Shown: one piece after another, positions 27,862 to 38,825 of the stretch
Numbering within the stretch: position 1 is the stretch's first letter
Layout of the letters: each line of letters begins with the position of its first letter
Origin: Vicinamibacteria bacterium
GTDB lineage: Bacteria; Acidobacteriota; Vicinamibacteria; Vicinamibacterales; JAENWD01
NCBI GenBank assembly: GCA_963828745.1
Contig: CAWHFZ010000006.1
Span: forward strand, 449,549-513,548
Length of the DNA: 64,000 nucleotides
Direction: 5' to 3'
Notes under the pieces: model-generated
Databases searched by the model: none
Told to the model about the DNA's origin: nothing
Seen by the model: only the letters and a program-made list of their open reading frames with translations
Made by a program: the position numbers and the translations under genes

Positions 27862-30294
27862 TCATTCCGTCCGTAGAGCGGCCGCCGGATCGACGCGCGA
27901 TGCACGTGCGGCGGGGCGCCACCCGGCGGCCAGCGCTGCAACCATCAGCAGCGCGACGGTCGTCGTCAACACCGCAGGCGTCAGTGGCACGGTGCCGACG
28001 AGTAGATAGTGCAGGGCTCGGCTTGCCGCGACCGCCAGCCCCGCGCCGCAGCAGAGACCGACCGCGACGGGCATTGCCGCCTCGCGCGCCGCGAGGCCTC
28101 GGATGCTGCGACCCGATGCACCGAGCGCCAGACGGACGCCGAATTCCCGGGTGCGTTGCGAGACGGTGTAGGCAAGGATCCCGTGAATGCCGACGGCGGC
28201 CAACGTCAACGCAACCAGCGCGAACACCCCGACGAGATCGGCGGCCAGTCGCTCGCGCCACACCTCGCGGTCGAGCACGTCCGTCAGCGTGATGGCTTCG
28301 TAGACCGCGGCCTCGCGATCCTCCGACCAGACGGCGTTCCTCAGCGCCGGAATCAATGAAGCCGCGTCGCCGGCCGTTCGTGCCACCAGGGTCATCGCAC
28401 CGCGCGAGGGATCGCCACCAGGGCGCTGCGCCAGCGGCACATAGATTTCGTCGGCGGCCTCGGCGGTCAGCTCGCTCTGCCGCACGTTCCCCACGATACC
28501 GACGATAGTGAGATACGTCGGCACGACATCACTGGTCCTGAACGCGATACGTGCGCCCAATGCGTCGCCGCGCGGCCACCAGCGGTCCGCCAGCGCCCGA
28601 TTCACGATGGCGACCTGGAGTCCTTCCGCGGTGTCCCGGACATCGAACTCACGCCCGACAACGAGCGGCTGGGCCAGCGCCCGGAAATATCCGGGCGAGG
28701 CAACACGATAGACGGCATGCGGCTCGGTCCCCGGGTCCGGCACGGGACGCGCAGCGATCGTGAAGCCAAAGGTCCACACGTCGCCGAACAGCGGCAGATG
28801 ATTGATCGTTCCGACGGCCGTCACGCCCGGAATGGCCCCTGCCCTGGTCAGCACGTTGTTGAAGAATTGCACGCGCTCCGCCGCACTCGAAGCCGATGCC
28901 CCATCGGTGGACACGCTCAACGCGACCCCGCCATCCGGGCGGAAGCCGGGATCGACGTCGCGCAAGGCCATCAGGGTGCGAGCCAGCAGGCCTGCGGAGA
29001 CCAGGAGCGTTACTGCCAGCGCGACTTCGACTCCGACCATCGTCCGGCGCAGCGCCCGGCTCGGGCGCGACCCGGTCGTGGCGCGGCCCTCGCCGCGAAG
29101 CGTCTCGGCAGGAGCGTGAAGCCGCGCCTGCCATGCCGGCGCAATCGTCGCGACGATGGCGCACGTGAGTGCGGCCATCATCGCGAATGCGGCCACAGGA
29201 GGCGCGAGGCCAATCGTCGCATACGGCGGCAGCGCATCCGCCGGAAGGAATCCAGCCAGCGCCTTGATGGCGGCGGTCGCGATGCCGAGGCCGACCAATG
29301 CACTCGCGACCCCGAGCAGCAGCCCCTCGGCGAGCAGCAGCCGAACCATACGTCCGCGGCCGGCGCCAAGGGCGGACCGCACGGCCAGCTCGCGCGTGCG
29401 TCCCAGCGACCTGACGATCGTGAGCGTCGTGACGTTGGCGCAGGCGATGAGTAAGACCACGGCGGCCATGGCAAACGTCGCAAGAATCATCGGCTGCACG
29501 CGGCGGGTGGCTTTCTCTGACAGGAGTGCCACGCCCGTCGTCAATCCGCGATTGGTATCTGGATGTGCCTGCACGAGCCGATCGTTGAGGACGCGGATCT
29601 CGGCGCGCGCGGCATCCAGGGTGACACCGTTGGCCAGCCGCGCGAAGACGCGGAGCGAGCGCCCCGGCCGATCGGTGCGCCGCGCGTGGAGATCGAGCGG
29701 CACCCACAGCTCCGCCTGCGTCTGCCAGAAGGGTGCGAACCGGAACGATTCGGGCATCACGCCGACGATCTGATAGTCATCCCCGTTCAGCCGAACACGT
29801 CTCCCAACGATGCCGGGATCGGCGCCGAAGCGGCGCGTCCACAGCGTGTGTCCGATGACGACTTGAAGCGCATCGCCCTCTCCGTCGTCAGTACCAACCA
29901 ACACACGCCCCAATGCCGGCTGGACACCGAGCAGGTGGAACAACCCCGGAGTGACCTGGAGCGCCGGGACGCGCTCGGCCCTACCGTCACCCGCGAGGTT
30001 GGCCGACCACGCCTGGGCGGCAGCCATGCTCGCAAACGATCGCGCCGCCCGCCGCAGGTCGAGATAGTCCGCCGGCGAGACCGGACTGTTCACCTCGTCA
30101 CCATGGAGAATGGCGACCAGCCGGTCAGGGTCGTGATACGGCAGAGGCTTGAGAAGCACCGCCCACACCACCGAAAACAAGGCGCTGGTGGCGCCGATTC
30201 CCAGCGCCAGCGCAACAGCCGCCGCGACGGTGAAGCCGCGCGCCCGGCTCAGCGATCGAACGGCATAGCGAAAATCCTGCAGCATCGCGTCCAC
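27862..30294 (-). CDS. ADOP-family duplicated FtsX/MacB-type permease
   Basis: 810 aa. It has the N-terminal LQDFRYAVRSLSRARGFT signature, two FtsX modules, and the C-terminal ARASRVDPAAALRTE. Confidence 0.9.
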   Translation of the reverse strand: MDAMLQDFRYAVRSLSRARGFTVAAAVALALGIGATSALFSVVWAVLLKPLPYHDPDRLVAILHGDEVNSPVSPADYLDLRRAARSFASMAAAQAWSANLAGDGRAERVPALQVTPGLFHLLGVQPALGRVLVGTDDGEGDALQVVIGHTLWTRRFGADPGIVGRRVRLNGDDYQIVGVMPESFRFAPFWQTQAELWVPLDLHARRTDRPGRSLRVFARLANGVTLDAARAEIRVLNDRLVQAHPDTNRGLTTGVALLSEKATRRVQPMILATFAMAAVVLLIACANVTTLTIVRSLGRTRELAVRSALGAGRGRMVRLLLAEGLLLGVASALVGLGIATAAIKALAGFLPADALPPYATIGLAPPVAAFAMMAALTCAIVATIAPAWQARLHAPAETLRGEGRATTGSRPSRALRRTMVGVEVALAVTLLVSAGLLARTLMALRDVDPGFRPDGGVALSVSTDGASASSAAERVQFFNNVLTRAGAIPGVTAVGTINHLPLFGDVWTFGFTIAARPVPDPGTEPHAVYRVASPGYFRALAQPLVVGREFDVRDTAEGLQVAIVNRALADRWWPRGDALGARIAFRTSDVVPTYLTIVGIVGNVRQSELTAEAADEIYVPLAQRPGGDPSRGAMTLVARTAGDAASLIPALRNAVWSEDREAAVYEAITLTDVLDREVWRERLAADLVGVFALVALTLAAVGIHGILAYTVSQRTREFGVRLALGASGRSIRGLAAREAAMPVAVGLCCGAGLAVAASRALHYLLVGTVPLTPAVLTTTVALLMVAALAAGWRPAARASRVDPAAALRTE

Positions 30295-30374
30295 GGGTGT
30301 CTCCTCGATTCCTGCTTTGACGCACCGGTGAGACGCATCGTTAGGTCTGGCCCGTTGCCTGCTACATTACGTCG

Positions 30375-32241
30375 ATGCGTTTCCGACCTGTTGCGGTGCT
30401 CCTCGGTCTTTTTGCCGCCGGCTCGGCCTGGCTGCTCGCGCAGTCGCCGGTCGCCTCGTGCGACGCTACGCCCGCTCCCGCCTGGTGCAGCGCCGTCGCC
30501 GGCGATCGCGCGCAGGGGTGGGCTTCACAGCGCCGCTCGGAGGTCTTTGCGCGGCGCGGGATGGTCGCAACGAGCCAGCCGCTCGCGGCGCAGGCCGGCC
30601 TCGACATCTTGAAACGAGGCGGCAACGCGATCGACGCCGCAGTCGCGACTGCCGCTGTCCTGAGCGTCGTCGAACCGATGAACGTCGGCCCCGGCGGCGA
30701 TCTCTTTGCGATCGTCTACATCGCGAAAGAGAACAAGGTCTACGCGCTCAACGCCAGCGGCAAGGCGCCGAGCGGACTGACGCTGGCGAAGATGCAATCG
30801 CTTGGCTACGCCTGGGATTCGAAGAACTGGGGGCCCGGCTCAGGGATGCCGCCGGGGGGCATTCTGACGGTGACCGTGCCCGGCGCCGCGTGGGGCTGGG
30901 AGGAAGTGCAGCGTCGCTTCGGTTCGATGCCGCTGAAAGAAACGCTGCAGCCAGCCATCGACTATGCGGAGCAGGGCTTTGCCGTCTCCGAGCGCATCGC
31001 GCACGATTGGTCGATTCCGAAGGGGTTGCCCCCCGCCCCTGCCGATCCACGGCAGTGCTGCACCGCCGTCGATCCGGATTCGATCGCCACATGGTACGTG
31101 CAGGGCAAGCCACCCGCCGCCGGTCAGATCATGCGGAATCCGGATCTGGCGAGGACGCTGCGCCTCCTGCAGGAAAAAGGCCGTGACGGTTTTTACAAAG
31201 GAGAGATCGCAAGCGCCATCGTCGCGAAGTCTCGCGCGCTGGGGGGCACGATGACGCTGGAGGACCTCGCCGCCTATGCGGGAGAGTGGGTGAATCCAGC
31301 GACGACCAGCTATCACGGCTTCGATGTGTTCACCTTGCCTCCGCCGGCGCAGACCTGGGCGGCCGACGAGATCTTGAATATCCTCGAGACTTGCGTGCCG
31401 AAGTGGGCGCCGGGCCAGACGTTGGCAACGCTCGGCCCCGCCAGCCCGACCTACTGGCATCTCGTCGTCGAAGCCAAGAAGCTCGCCTACGCGGATCTCT
31501 ACGCGCACAACGCCGATCCCAATGTCGTGACGGTGCCGCTCGAACGCCTGCTGTCCAAAGCGCACGCCGGCTCGCTCTGCGGGCGCGTCGATCCGTCGCG
31601 CGCCTCGGCGACCGGCCGCGAAGGCCAGGCCGAGAGTTCAGGCGACACCATCGTGCTCTCGACCGCCGATCGATCGGGAAACATGGTGGCGTGGGTCAAC
31701 AGCCTGTTCAACGGCTTCGGATCCGGTCTCACCGTGCCGGGGTATGGCATCACCCTCCACAATCGCGGAGGGCTCTTCACGCTGAATCCGTCGAGCCCGA
31801 ATGTCATCGCTCCGCACAAGCGTCCATTCAACACGCTGTCAGCAGGCTTCGTGATGATGAAGAACCGCCCGTTGATGACCGTGACGCTGATGGGCGGCGA
31901 CATGCAGGCCCAGGGGATCGCCCAGGTGCTGGTCAACGTCCTCGATCTGGGCGCGAACGTGCAAGCGGCCAGCGACATGGCGCGCTTCCGCCACTCGCAG
32001 GTCTCCAACGTCCTGAACCTCGAGTCGCAACTGTTCGGACTCGTGGGCGGTCAGCTTCAATCGATGGGCCACACGGTGAAATCGATCAATGGCGCGGAGG
32101 TCGGCGGCTACCAGGCGATCATGTTCACGCCAGACGCCGACGATGCCAACAAACAATCCCTGTCGCCGTCACGCGGCCGTCCCCGGCTTCTATCGGTCCG
32201 GCTCCGATCACCGGAAGGACGGACAGGCGGTAGGCTTCTGA
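30375..32241 (+). pseudogene. ggt: Gamma-glutamyltranspeptidase, with one frame break close to the 3' end
   Basis: A signal peptide is present, then GGNAIDAAVA and the GDT nucleophile region (SGDTIVLSTAD). The family C-terminus GFYRSGSDHRKDGQAVGF-TGA (stop 32239-32241) is readable only in the +1 frame. The annotated frame instead runs on into the next gene. Confidence 0.85.
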
Positions 32242-32291
32242 GATTCACTTCCCCACCGCCCGCTGGCGGGTGGCCCGTACGCTGTCATCTC

Positions 32292-33356
32292 GTGCGGCGC
32301 TCGGCGACAGTTCTCATCTGCGTCCTTGCCTCGGCTGCGGTGCTCATCGAGTCGTCCGTCGCGGCGGGGACCGACGCAGCCACGGACCTCTCGCCCTCAG
32401 TCGCTCGCTACCTTCAGAGCGTCGGCTTCGAGACCGACGACATCGCCGCGCTCGGTTCCGGCCGGGCCGCGGCGCGGGTCACGGAAACGTCTACGCGCGA
32501 GCTGCTCGGGGTGGTCGCGGTGGTCCGCGTCAATCGCCCGGTGCTCCGCTACGTCGATGCCCTTCGCGATATCGTGACCTTTGAAAAAGACGGTAACGGT
32601 GTGATCTCGATGGGCACGTTCTCGAAGCCGGCCCGACTCGACGATGTGAGTGGGCTGGAGGTTGCGGATGTGGACTTCGAGGGGCTCTCGCAGTGCCGCG
32701 TTGGCAGCTGCGACATGAACCTGCCAGCGGCCGCGATTCAGAAATTCCGCGCGGTCAAATGGTCGGCGCCGGCAGCGCGGGCACAGGCGCGGCACGCCCT
32801 TCAAACCACGCTGGTTGATTACGTCAACGACTATCAGACTCGCGGGAATTCGGCCCTGGTCGTTTACGAGGACCGCGGGTCGCCGATGCCACTGGCCGCC
32901 CGATCGGCATCGCTCTTTGCGGGGAGCGATGGGTTGGCCTCTCTTGGCGGACTCGCGGCGTATTTCACGAAGTACCGAAACCTGACGTTGCCGGCGGACG
33001 CCGAGGAATTTTTCTACTGGCAGCAGATCACGTTCGGGATGAAGCCGGTGACGCGGGTCAATCACCTCATCATCATTCCCCAGACGATCGACGGCCGGCC
33101 ATCCTGGGTCGCCGTCTCGCGGATGATTTATGCGTCGCACTATTTCCGCGACGGGCTCGAGGTCCGCTATCTGGTCCCCGTGGACGCCTCTCCGTCGTCG
33201 AACGCGTTCTACCTGGTGCTGATCAGCCGATCCCACAGCGAGTCGCTGGCCGGGCTCAAGGGCTTGCTCCTCGGCGGAATCATCCGCCGCAAAGTGCGCG
33301 ATTCGACGGCTCGCCATGTCGCACACGTGAAGGAGCGCGTCGAAGAACGCCCGTGA
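32292..33356 (+). CDS. Hypothetical exported protein
   Basis: GTG at 32292 followed by a hydrophobic signal-like segment (VLICVLASAAVLIESSVAAG). It is the C-terminal part of the fused track ORF 30375..33356. No motif recognised. Confidence 0.55.
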   Translation: MRRSATVLICVLASAAVLIESSVAAGTDAATDLSPSVARYLQSVGFETDDIAALGSGRAAARVTETSTRELLGVVAVVRVNRPVLRYVDALRDIVTFEKDGNGVISMGTFSKPARLDDVSGLEVADVDFEGLSQCRVGSCDMNLPAAAIQKFRAVKWSAPAARAQARHALQTTLVDYVNDYQTRGNSALVVYEDRGSPMPLAARSASLFAGSDGLASLGGLAAYFTKYRNLTLPADAEEFFYWQQITFGMKPVTRVNHLIIIPQTIDGRPSWVAVSRMIYASHYFRDGLEVRYLVPVDASPSSNAFYLVLISRSHSESLAGLKGLLLGGIIRRKVRDSTARHVAHVKERVEERP

Positions 33357-33680
33357 ACCTGGTCACTGACAAAGGCGGTCACGGATTACACGGACAGTTA
33401 CGGATCGATCGGGGCAGCTTCCAAAGTTGACCGCGCGCACTTTGGCCTGATGGCCGGCCGCGAACGCGGCCGGCGGACACGGCGCTGTTTGACGCATGCC
33501 GTTCCCTCGGGCCGTCGTTCGTGCGTCGTGCGTCAGCCAGTCGATTGAGATCCGTGTTAGTCGGTCCCCTTCCGTGCTGTCCGCGTCCCTCTGCGTCTGT
33601 GCGGTCCGTGACCGATAGAAAACACCCAGCCTCGTGCGTCGGCAGTCGTCGTCGAACGTCATGGTAAAGTCGCGCCCCAT

Positions 33681-35513
33681 ATGCGGCGCGTCCTGCTCCT
33701 CTTCCTGATCGTCACGTCTTCCATTCTCGTCGCCCAGTCGGTTCAGTATCCCGAGCCGCGTTTCCGCGACCCGCATCGAGCTGCGGTGCTCGCGAAGGCG
33801 TACTCAGACCTCCCCGCGCGCATGGAGACGCTGCGCAATGAACTGCATGCGCCCGGATTGTCCTGGGGCGTAGTGGTCGATGGCGAGATAGCCGCGTCGG
33901 GAGGCGTTGGTGTATCGCGCGTGCCTGACGGGCCCTCGGTCGACGAGGACACCGTCTTTCGCATCGCGTCGATGACGAAAAGCTTCACCGCGCTGGCCAT
34001 TCTCAAGCTGCGAGACGACGGGAGATTGCGTCTGGACGACGCGGCTGGCAAATACCTGCCGGAACTCGCACGGATACCGCTGCCGACGAAGGATGCCCCG
34101 CCGATTACGGTTCGTCACCTGCTGACGCATTCCGCCGGATTCCCTGAGGACAACCCCTGGGGGGACCGTCAGCTCGCCCAGCCGGCCGCGACGCTTCACG
34201 CGTGGGTGGCGAAGGGGCTCCCGTTCTCTACGTCGCCTGCGACGTCGTACGAGTATTCGAACTATGGCTTCGCGCTCCTCGGGCAGATCGTCAGCACGGC
34301 ATCGGGGATGGCGTATCGCGAGTATGTGACCACGCGCATCCTGCACCCGCTCGGCATGCAATCGACCTACTGGGACGAGCGCGACGTGCCGCCGGCGCAC
34401 CTGGCTCGCGGCTACCGCTTTGTCGAGGGCGCCTGGAAAGACGAGCCGCTCCTCGCGGATGGATCGTTCGGCGCCATGGGAGGGCTCTTCACGTCCGGGC
34501 GCGATCTCGGCCGGTATGTAACGTTCATGCTCTCGGCCTGGCCGCCGCGTGACGCCGCCGATTCGGGACCGGTGCGACGCAGCTCGGTGCGCGAGATGCA
34601 GCAAGGTCAGCGGCTGATCGGGTTCACCGCGACGCGCCCGACACCCGACGCACCATTGAATGCGAACATGCGAGCCTACGGCTACGGCTTGAGCGAAGCC
34701 CGCGACTGTCGATCGCGGACGACGATCTCTCACGGCGGCGGCCTGCCAGGCTTCGGATCCACGATGATGTGGCTCCCTGAACATGGCGTCGGCGTCTATG
34801 CGATGGCCAATGTCACTTACGCCGGCGCCAGCGCGGCCGGCCGGTCGATCATCGAGCAACTCGCGGCGACGGGCGGATTGCTGCCGCGCGAGCTCGCGCC
34901 GTCTCGCGCCCTGGTCGGGGCGCGCGAGACCGTCACCATACTCGTGAACGACTGGGATGACGCGGCGCTGTCGAAGATCGCCGCCGACAATTTGTTTCTC
35001 GATCGGTCGCTCGACGATCGGCGAACCGAAACGAGGACGCTGCACGAGACGCTTGGCGCCTGCCGACCTGACGGCGATATCCGCTCGGAGAACTGGCTAC
35101 GCGGCAGGTTCCGTCTCGCCTGCGAGCGCGGCTGGCTCGATGTGACGCTCACGTTGGCGCCGACGGCGCCGCCCACCATCCAATACCTGGAGCTCGACGA
35201 GGGTCGGCCGTTGGCCCCGGCGCTGCGGACGGCCATCGAATCTACGCTCCGCTCGGCGTCCGGCGCCGAGACCTCGTCGGCGCTGGCACCATCCGTCGAG
35301 CGTCAAGCGGTTGCGAGCCAGCTGACCGCATTGGCTGCGTCGTACGGACACTGCGCGATTCGCGACGCGCTCAGCGGCGATGGCCAGACAGACGCACGGG
35401 TTTCACTGCAATGTGATCGCGGCGCCATCGATCTCGTCGTCCACGCCGACGCCGAGGGCCGCCTCGACCGTGCGCGCTTCATCCAGCCGCGCGATACGCC
35501 GTGCGTGCCGTAA
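33681..35513 (+). CDS. Beta-lactamase-family serine hydrolase with extra C-terminal domain
   Basis: Signal peptide, S-x-x-K motif (SMTKSF) and YSN motif (YEYSNYGF). About 200 extra C-terminal residues follow. Confidence 0.85.
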   Translation: MRRVLLLFLIVTSSILVAQSVQYPEPRFRDPHRAAVLAKAYSDLPARMETLRNELHAPGLSWGVVVDGEIAASGGVGVSRVPDGPSVDEDTVFRIASMTKSFTALAILKLRDDGRLRLDDAAGKYLPELARIPLPTKDAPPITVRHLLTHSAGFPEDNPWGDRQLAQPAATLHAWVAKGLPFSTSPATSYEYSNYGFALLGQIVSTASGMAYREYVTTRILHPLGMQSTYWDERDVPPAHLARGYRFVEGAWKDEPLLADGSFGAMGGLFTSGRDLGRYVTFMLSAWPPRDAADSGPVRRSSVREMQQGQRLIGFTATRPTPDAPLNANMRAYGYGLSEARDCRSRTTISHGGGLPGFGSTMMWLPEHGVGVYAMANVTYAGASAAGRSIIEQLAATGGLLPRELAPSRALVGARETVTILVNDWDDAALSKIAADNLFLDRSLDDRRTETRTLHETLGACRPDGDIRSENWLRGRFRLACERGWLDVTLTLAPTAPPTIQYLELDEGRPLAPALRTAIESTLRSASGAETSSALAPSVERQAVASQLTALAASYGHCAIRDALSGDGQTDARVSLQCDRGAIDLVVHADAEGRLDRARFIQPRDTPCVP

Positions 35514-35540
35514 ACTGGATCGCAGGGTCCGCGACAGCTC

Positions 35541-35927
35541 ATGTCCGTCTCTGCGCTTCGTCTTCGTCAGGTCCGCGATCGCCTGCTGGATCTTCATAAG
35601 GCATTGCTCGACGCCGAACGTGCGCGCTTCGAGCGCGAACACGGTCGCGTCGCCTCCAGCGGCCAATGGCTGCAGCTGGTGCTTGGCCACGAGCAATTCG
35701 CCTGGCTCCGTCCCTACTCGGGCCTGATCGTCAGGATCGACGAATGGCTCGCCTCGGATGCGCCGGCGCCGGACGAAGGCGAGGCGCTGTGGCGGGAAGC
35801 CGACAAGCTGACGACTGTCGGCGAGGCACGCGACGAGAGTCCGGAGGGTCTATACGGCGTCCTCGTCGACACCGTGCCCGCGGCGGCCGCGCAGCATGCG
35901 GCCGTCCGAGAAGCTCTTCACACGTAG
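35541..35927 (+). CDS. Hypothetical protein
   Basis: 128-aa helical ORF. No motif recognised. Confidence 0.45.
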   Translation: MSVSALRLRQVRDRLLDLHKALLDAERARFEREHGRVASSGQWLQLVLGHEQFAWLRPYSGLIVRIDEWLASDAPAPDEGEALWREADKLTTVGEARDESPEGLYGVLVDTVPAAAAQHAAVREALHT

Positions 35928-35947
35928 GCGCGACGATTTGCCCCTGC

Positions 35948-35964
35948 CCAGGCTCAACGCCTGG
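35948..35964. terminator. Candidate bidirectional hairpin between convergent genes
   Basis: CCAGGC-tcaac-GCCTGG (6-bp stem) in the 26-nt gap. It overlaps the permease stop codon and has no U-tract. Confidence 0.2.
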
Positions 35965-37684
35965 ACCTGCGTGCATAGACTGCAATAACCGCCAACACGA
36001 TTGCGGACGCTCCGAGCACCCACAGGCCTCGAGCCACTGACGCAGTCGAGCCCGCAGCCGCAGCGGCGGACGACGGCACGGGCACCATCCACGACAGCCA
36101 GGTCGCCTGAAGCCAGGAGATCACACCGACGATCGCGACCATCGCCACTGAATGCGGCAGCGTGAACCGTAGAAGCTCGGGCTCGCGGCCGACCAGGCCG
36201 CTGGCCGCGCAGGCGACGGTGATCGATTGCGGTGAGATCATTTTCCCTGTGACGCCGCCGGAAGAATTCGAGGCCACGGTCAGGATCGGGCTGAGATCGA
36301 GCCGCGTGGCGGACACCTGCTGCAATCGCCCGAACAGTGCGTTTGCCGAGGTGTCCGAGCCGGTGATGAACACGCCGAGCCATCCGAGCACCGGCGAGAA
36401 GAACGCGAACATCGGGCCGGTCGCCGCCAGCGACCAGCCAAGCGTCGTCGTAATGCCCGAGGCGCTGCCCACGAAGGCGAATCCCAGGAACGCCGCAATC
36501 GTGACGAAGGACCACGCGAGCTGGCGCGTCGCATCGGCGCAGACGCCGGCGAACGCGCGCAGCGGCATCTTCAGAATCAATGCCGAGATGACCGCCGCGA
36601 TGAAGACGGACGTACCCGATGCGCCCAGCCAGTTGAAGCGGAAGATGGCGGGCAACGCGGCGCCGGTTTCCGGGTTCACCACGGCTTGATGCAGCCACGG
36701 CACCGGAATCCGTAGACTCACCAGGTCGACGACCGCCTGTACGGATCGGACGCCCCAATCGCCGACGAGCAGCGTCAGCACCACAAAGGGCGACCAGGCT
36801 CGCAAGGTGGCCGCGAGCGGGGGCGGTTCGGCGCGTCCCGTGGACGGGCCTTCGTGCGGAAAGCGGAACGTGTCCGCGGGCTGCCACACGCGCAGCAACA
36901 GCACGAGGGCAAGAATCGACACCACCGACGAGATGACGTCGGGCAACATCGGCCCGAGCAGGTTCGAGGTCAGGAACTGCGCGATTGCAAACGTCCCGCC
37001 CGAGACGAGCGCCGCCGGCCACACGGCACGAACCCCACGCCAGCCCGCCATCAGCGCGATCAGATAGAACGGCACGATGAGCGACAGGAGCGGCAGTTGG
37101 CGGCCGACCATCTGCGACAGCGCGTGCAGATCGAGCCCGGTGACCTGGCTGGCCGTGATCAACGGGATGCCAATGCTGCCGAACGCGACCGGCGCAGTGT
37201 TCGCAACCAAGCAGAGGCCAGCCGCGTAGCGCGGATCGAAGCCGAGCCCTACCAGCATTCCTGCCGAGATCGCCACCGGCGCGCCAAAGCCAGCGCACCC
37301 CTCGAGAAACGCACCGAAGCTGAAGCCGATCAGCAACGCCTGGATGCGCCGATCTTCGGTCAGCGACGCAATCGACTGCTTGATCACGTCGAACTGCCCG
37401 GTCCGCACGGTGATCTGATAGAGGATGACGGCGGCGAGCACGATCCAGCCGATTGGGAACAACCCGTACAACGCGCCGTGTGCCGCCGCCAGCAATGCCA
37501 GGTGCGCGGGCATGCCGTAGACCACGATCGCGATCAGCACGGTCAACGTCACGGTCAGCAGACCGGCGAGATAGCCCTTGATGCGGCGGATGACGAGCGC
37601 CCAGAGCAGGAAGACGATCGGGAGCGCGGCGACGAAGGCGGAAAGGGCGAGATTTCGAAACGGGTCGAACGTCTGCGTCCACAT
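35954..37684 (-). CDS. L-lactate permease family transporter
   Basis: Start at MWTQTFDPF (37684). It is a polytopic protein with LctP-family text (GFSFGAFLEGCAGFGAPVAI, SNSSGGVTGKMISPQSI). Confidence 0.9.
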   Translation of the reverse strand: MWTQTFDPFRNLALSAFVAALPIVFLLWALVIRRIKGYLAGLLTVTLTVLIAIVVYGMPAHLALLAAAHGALYGLFPIGWIVLAAVILYQITVRTGQFDVIKQSIASLTEDRRIQALLIGFSFGAFLEGCAGFGAPVAISAGMLVGLGFDPRYAAGLCLVANTAPVAFGSIGIPLITASQVTGLDLHALSQMVGRQLPLLSLIVPFYLIALMAGWRGVRAVWPAALVSGGTFAIAQFLTSNLLGPMLPDVISSVVSILALVLLLRVWQPADTFRFPHEGPSTGRAEPPPLAATLRAWSPFVVLTLLVGDWGVRSVQAVVDLVSLRIPVPWLHQAVVNPETGAALPAIFRFNWLGASGTSVFIAAVISALILKMPLRAFAGVCADATRQLAWSFVTIAAFLGFAFVGSASGITTTLGWSLAATGPMFAFFSPVLGWLGVFITGSDTSANALFGRLQQVSATRLDLSPILTVASNSSGGVTGKMISPQSITVACAASGLVGREPELLRFTLPHSVAMVAIVGVISWLQATWLSWMVPVPSSAAAAAGSTASVARGLWVLGASAIVLAVIAVYARRSRR

Positions 37685-37768
37685 CGGTGCATGATGATAG
37701 TGCGAGTGGCCGCGTGCCGACCGGTTCGTCGTGGCCACCTCGCAGTCCGCAGACGTGAGCAGTCGGCC

Positions 37769-38716
37769 TCACGACCTGAGCCGACGAATCAACGCCTCCA
37801 TGTCGTCTGGCAACGGCGCCTCGAATCGGAGTTCCCTCTCGTCGTCCGGATGCCGAAAGCCAAGCTTCCAGGCATGGAGCGCCTGACGCGGAAAGTCGAT
37901 TGGGCGGATTTCGTCGGGGCCGTAGATATAGCGCTGCTCGCCGACGAGGGTGTGACCTCGGAGTCTGGCCTGGAGGCGGATCTGGTTGCGCTTGCCGGTA
38001 ACGAGACGCACTTCAATCAGCGACGCGGCATCGAAACGATCGACGACGCAATAATCGCTGATGGCGTCTTTGCCCCTGGGATCAGACGTGTAGGTCTGCT
38101 TCTGAATCAGCGAATCACGATCCCAGAACAGCCGGTCGCTCCACCGCCCCGCCTCCGGATCGGGATGGCCGTAGACGACCGCGAGATAGACCCGTTCCGG
38201 TTCCCGTCGCCGGAACTGTGCTTTCAGCCGCTCCTGCGCCCCGGCATCCTTCGCAAAGACGACCAGCCCCGACGTGTCGCGATCGATCCGATGGACGACG
38301 AGCGGACGTCGCTTACCGCGTGGCCGCAAATGATGTTCGACCTGGTCATAGACCGATGGCTCGTCTGTTCGTGGGAGCGGCACGGCAAGCAGTCCCGCCG
38401 GCTTGTTGATGACGAGTAGCGCGCTGTCTTCATAGAGAATTTCGAGCGCGCCGGCCTTTCTTGGGCGAAAGCCCGATTTCGAGGTGCCTGGTCGATCGAT
38501 CCAGACGCGCACACGATCGCCCGCCGTGAGCTTGACGGCCGCGTCCTGTGGTGCAGCTTCACGATCGTTCAGAAACACTTTCCCGCGCTGAATCGCGGCG
38601 GTCGCACGCGCGCGCGAGCCGAGGCGCTCGGCGGCCGCCAGGAACTTGTCCAGACGAATGCCGGCCGCTTCTCGCGCCACGGTCCACGCATCACCACGCT
38701 CGCTGTTGCGTCCCAC
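37769..38716 (-). CDS. RluA-family 23S rRNA pseudouridine synthase with S4 domain
   Basis: S4-like N-terminus (IRLDKFLA) and the catalytic motif HRIDRDTSGLVVFAKD. Confidence 0.9.
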   Translation of the reverse strand: MGRNSERGDAWTVAREAAGIRLDKFLAAAERLGSRARATAAIQRGKVFLNDREAAPQDAAVKLTAGDRVRVWIDRPGTSKSGFRPRKAGALEILYEDSALLVINKPAGLLAVPLPRTDEPSVYDQVEHHLRPRGKRRPLVVHRIDRDTSGLVVFAKDAGAQERLKAQFRRREPERVYLAVVYGHPDPEAGRWSDRLFWDRDSLIQKQTYTSDPRGKDAISDYCVVDRFDAASLIEVRLVTGKRNQIRLQARLRGHTLVGEQRYIYGPDEIRPIDFPRQALHAWKLGFRHPDDERELRFEAPLPDDMEALIRRLRS

Positions 38717-38825
38717 GGTCGTTGTATTACCACCTCACGGCCGGATGTTGACTGTCGCTCGCGGATCGTCCACGCTACTGAGCCATTCACGCTACATCTG
38801 CGTCATCCCCGATCGAGGAGGCTCA

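Noticed and set aside
35850-38419. Long ORFs 35850..37772 (minus, alternative frame) and 36854..38419 (plus).
   Set aside because: They overlap the clearly recognisable lactate permease and RluA synthase genes in other frames or strands. Their composition is typical of spurious high-GC ORFs.
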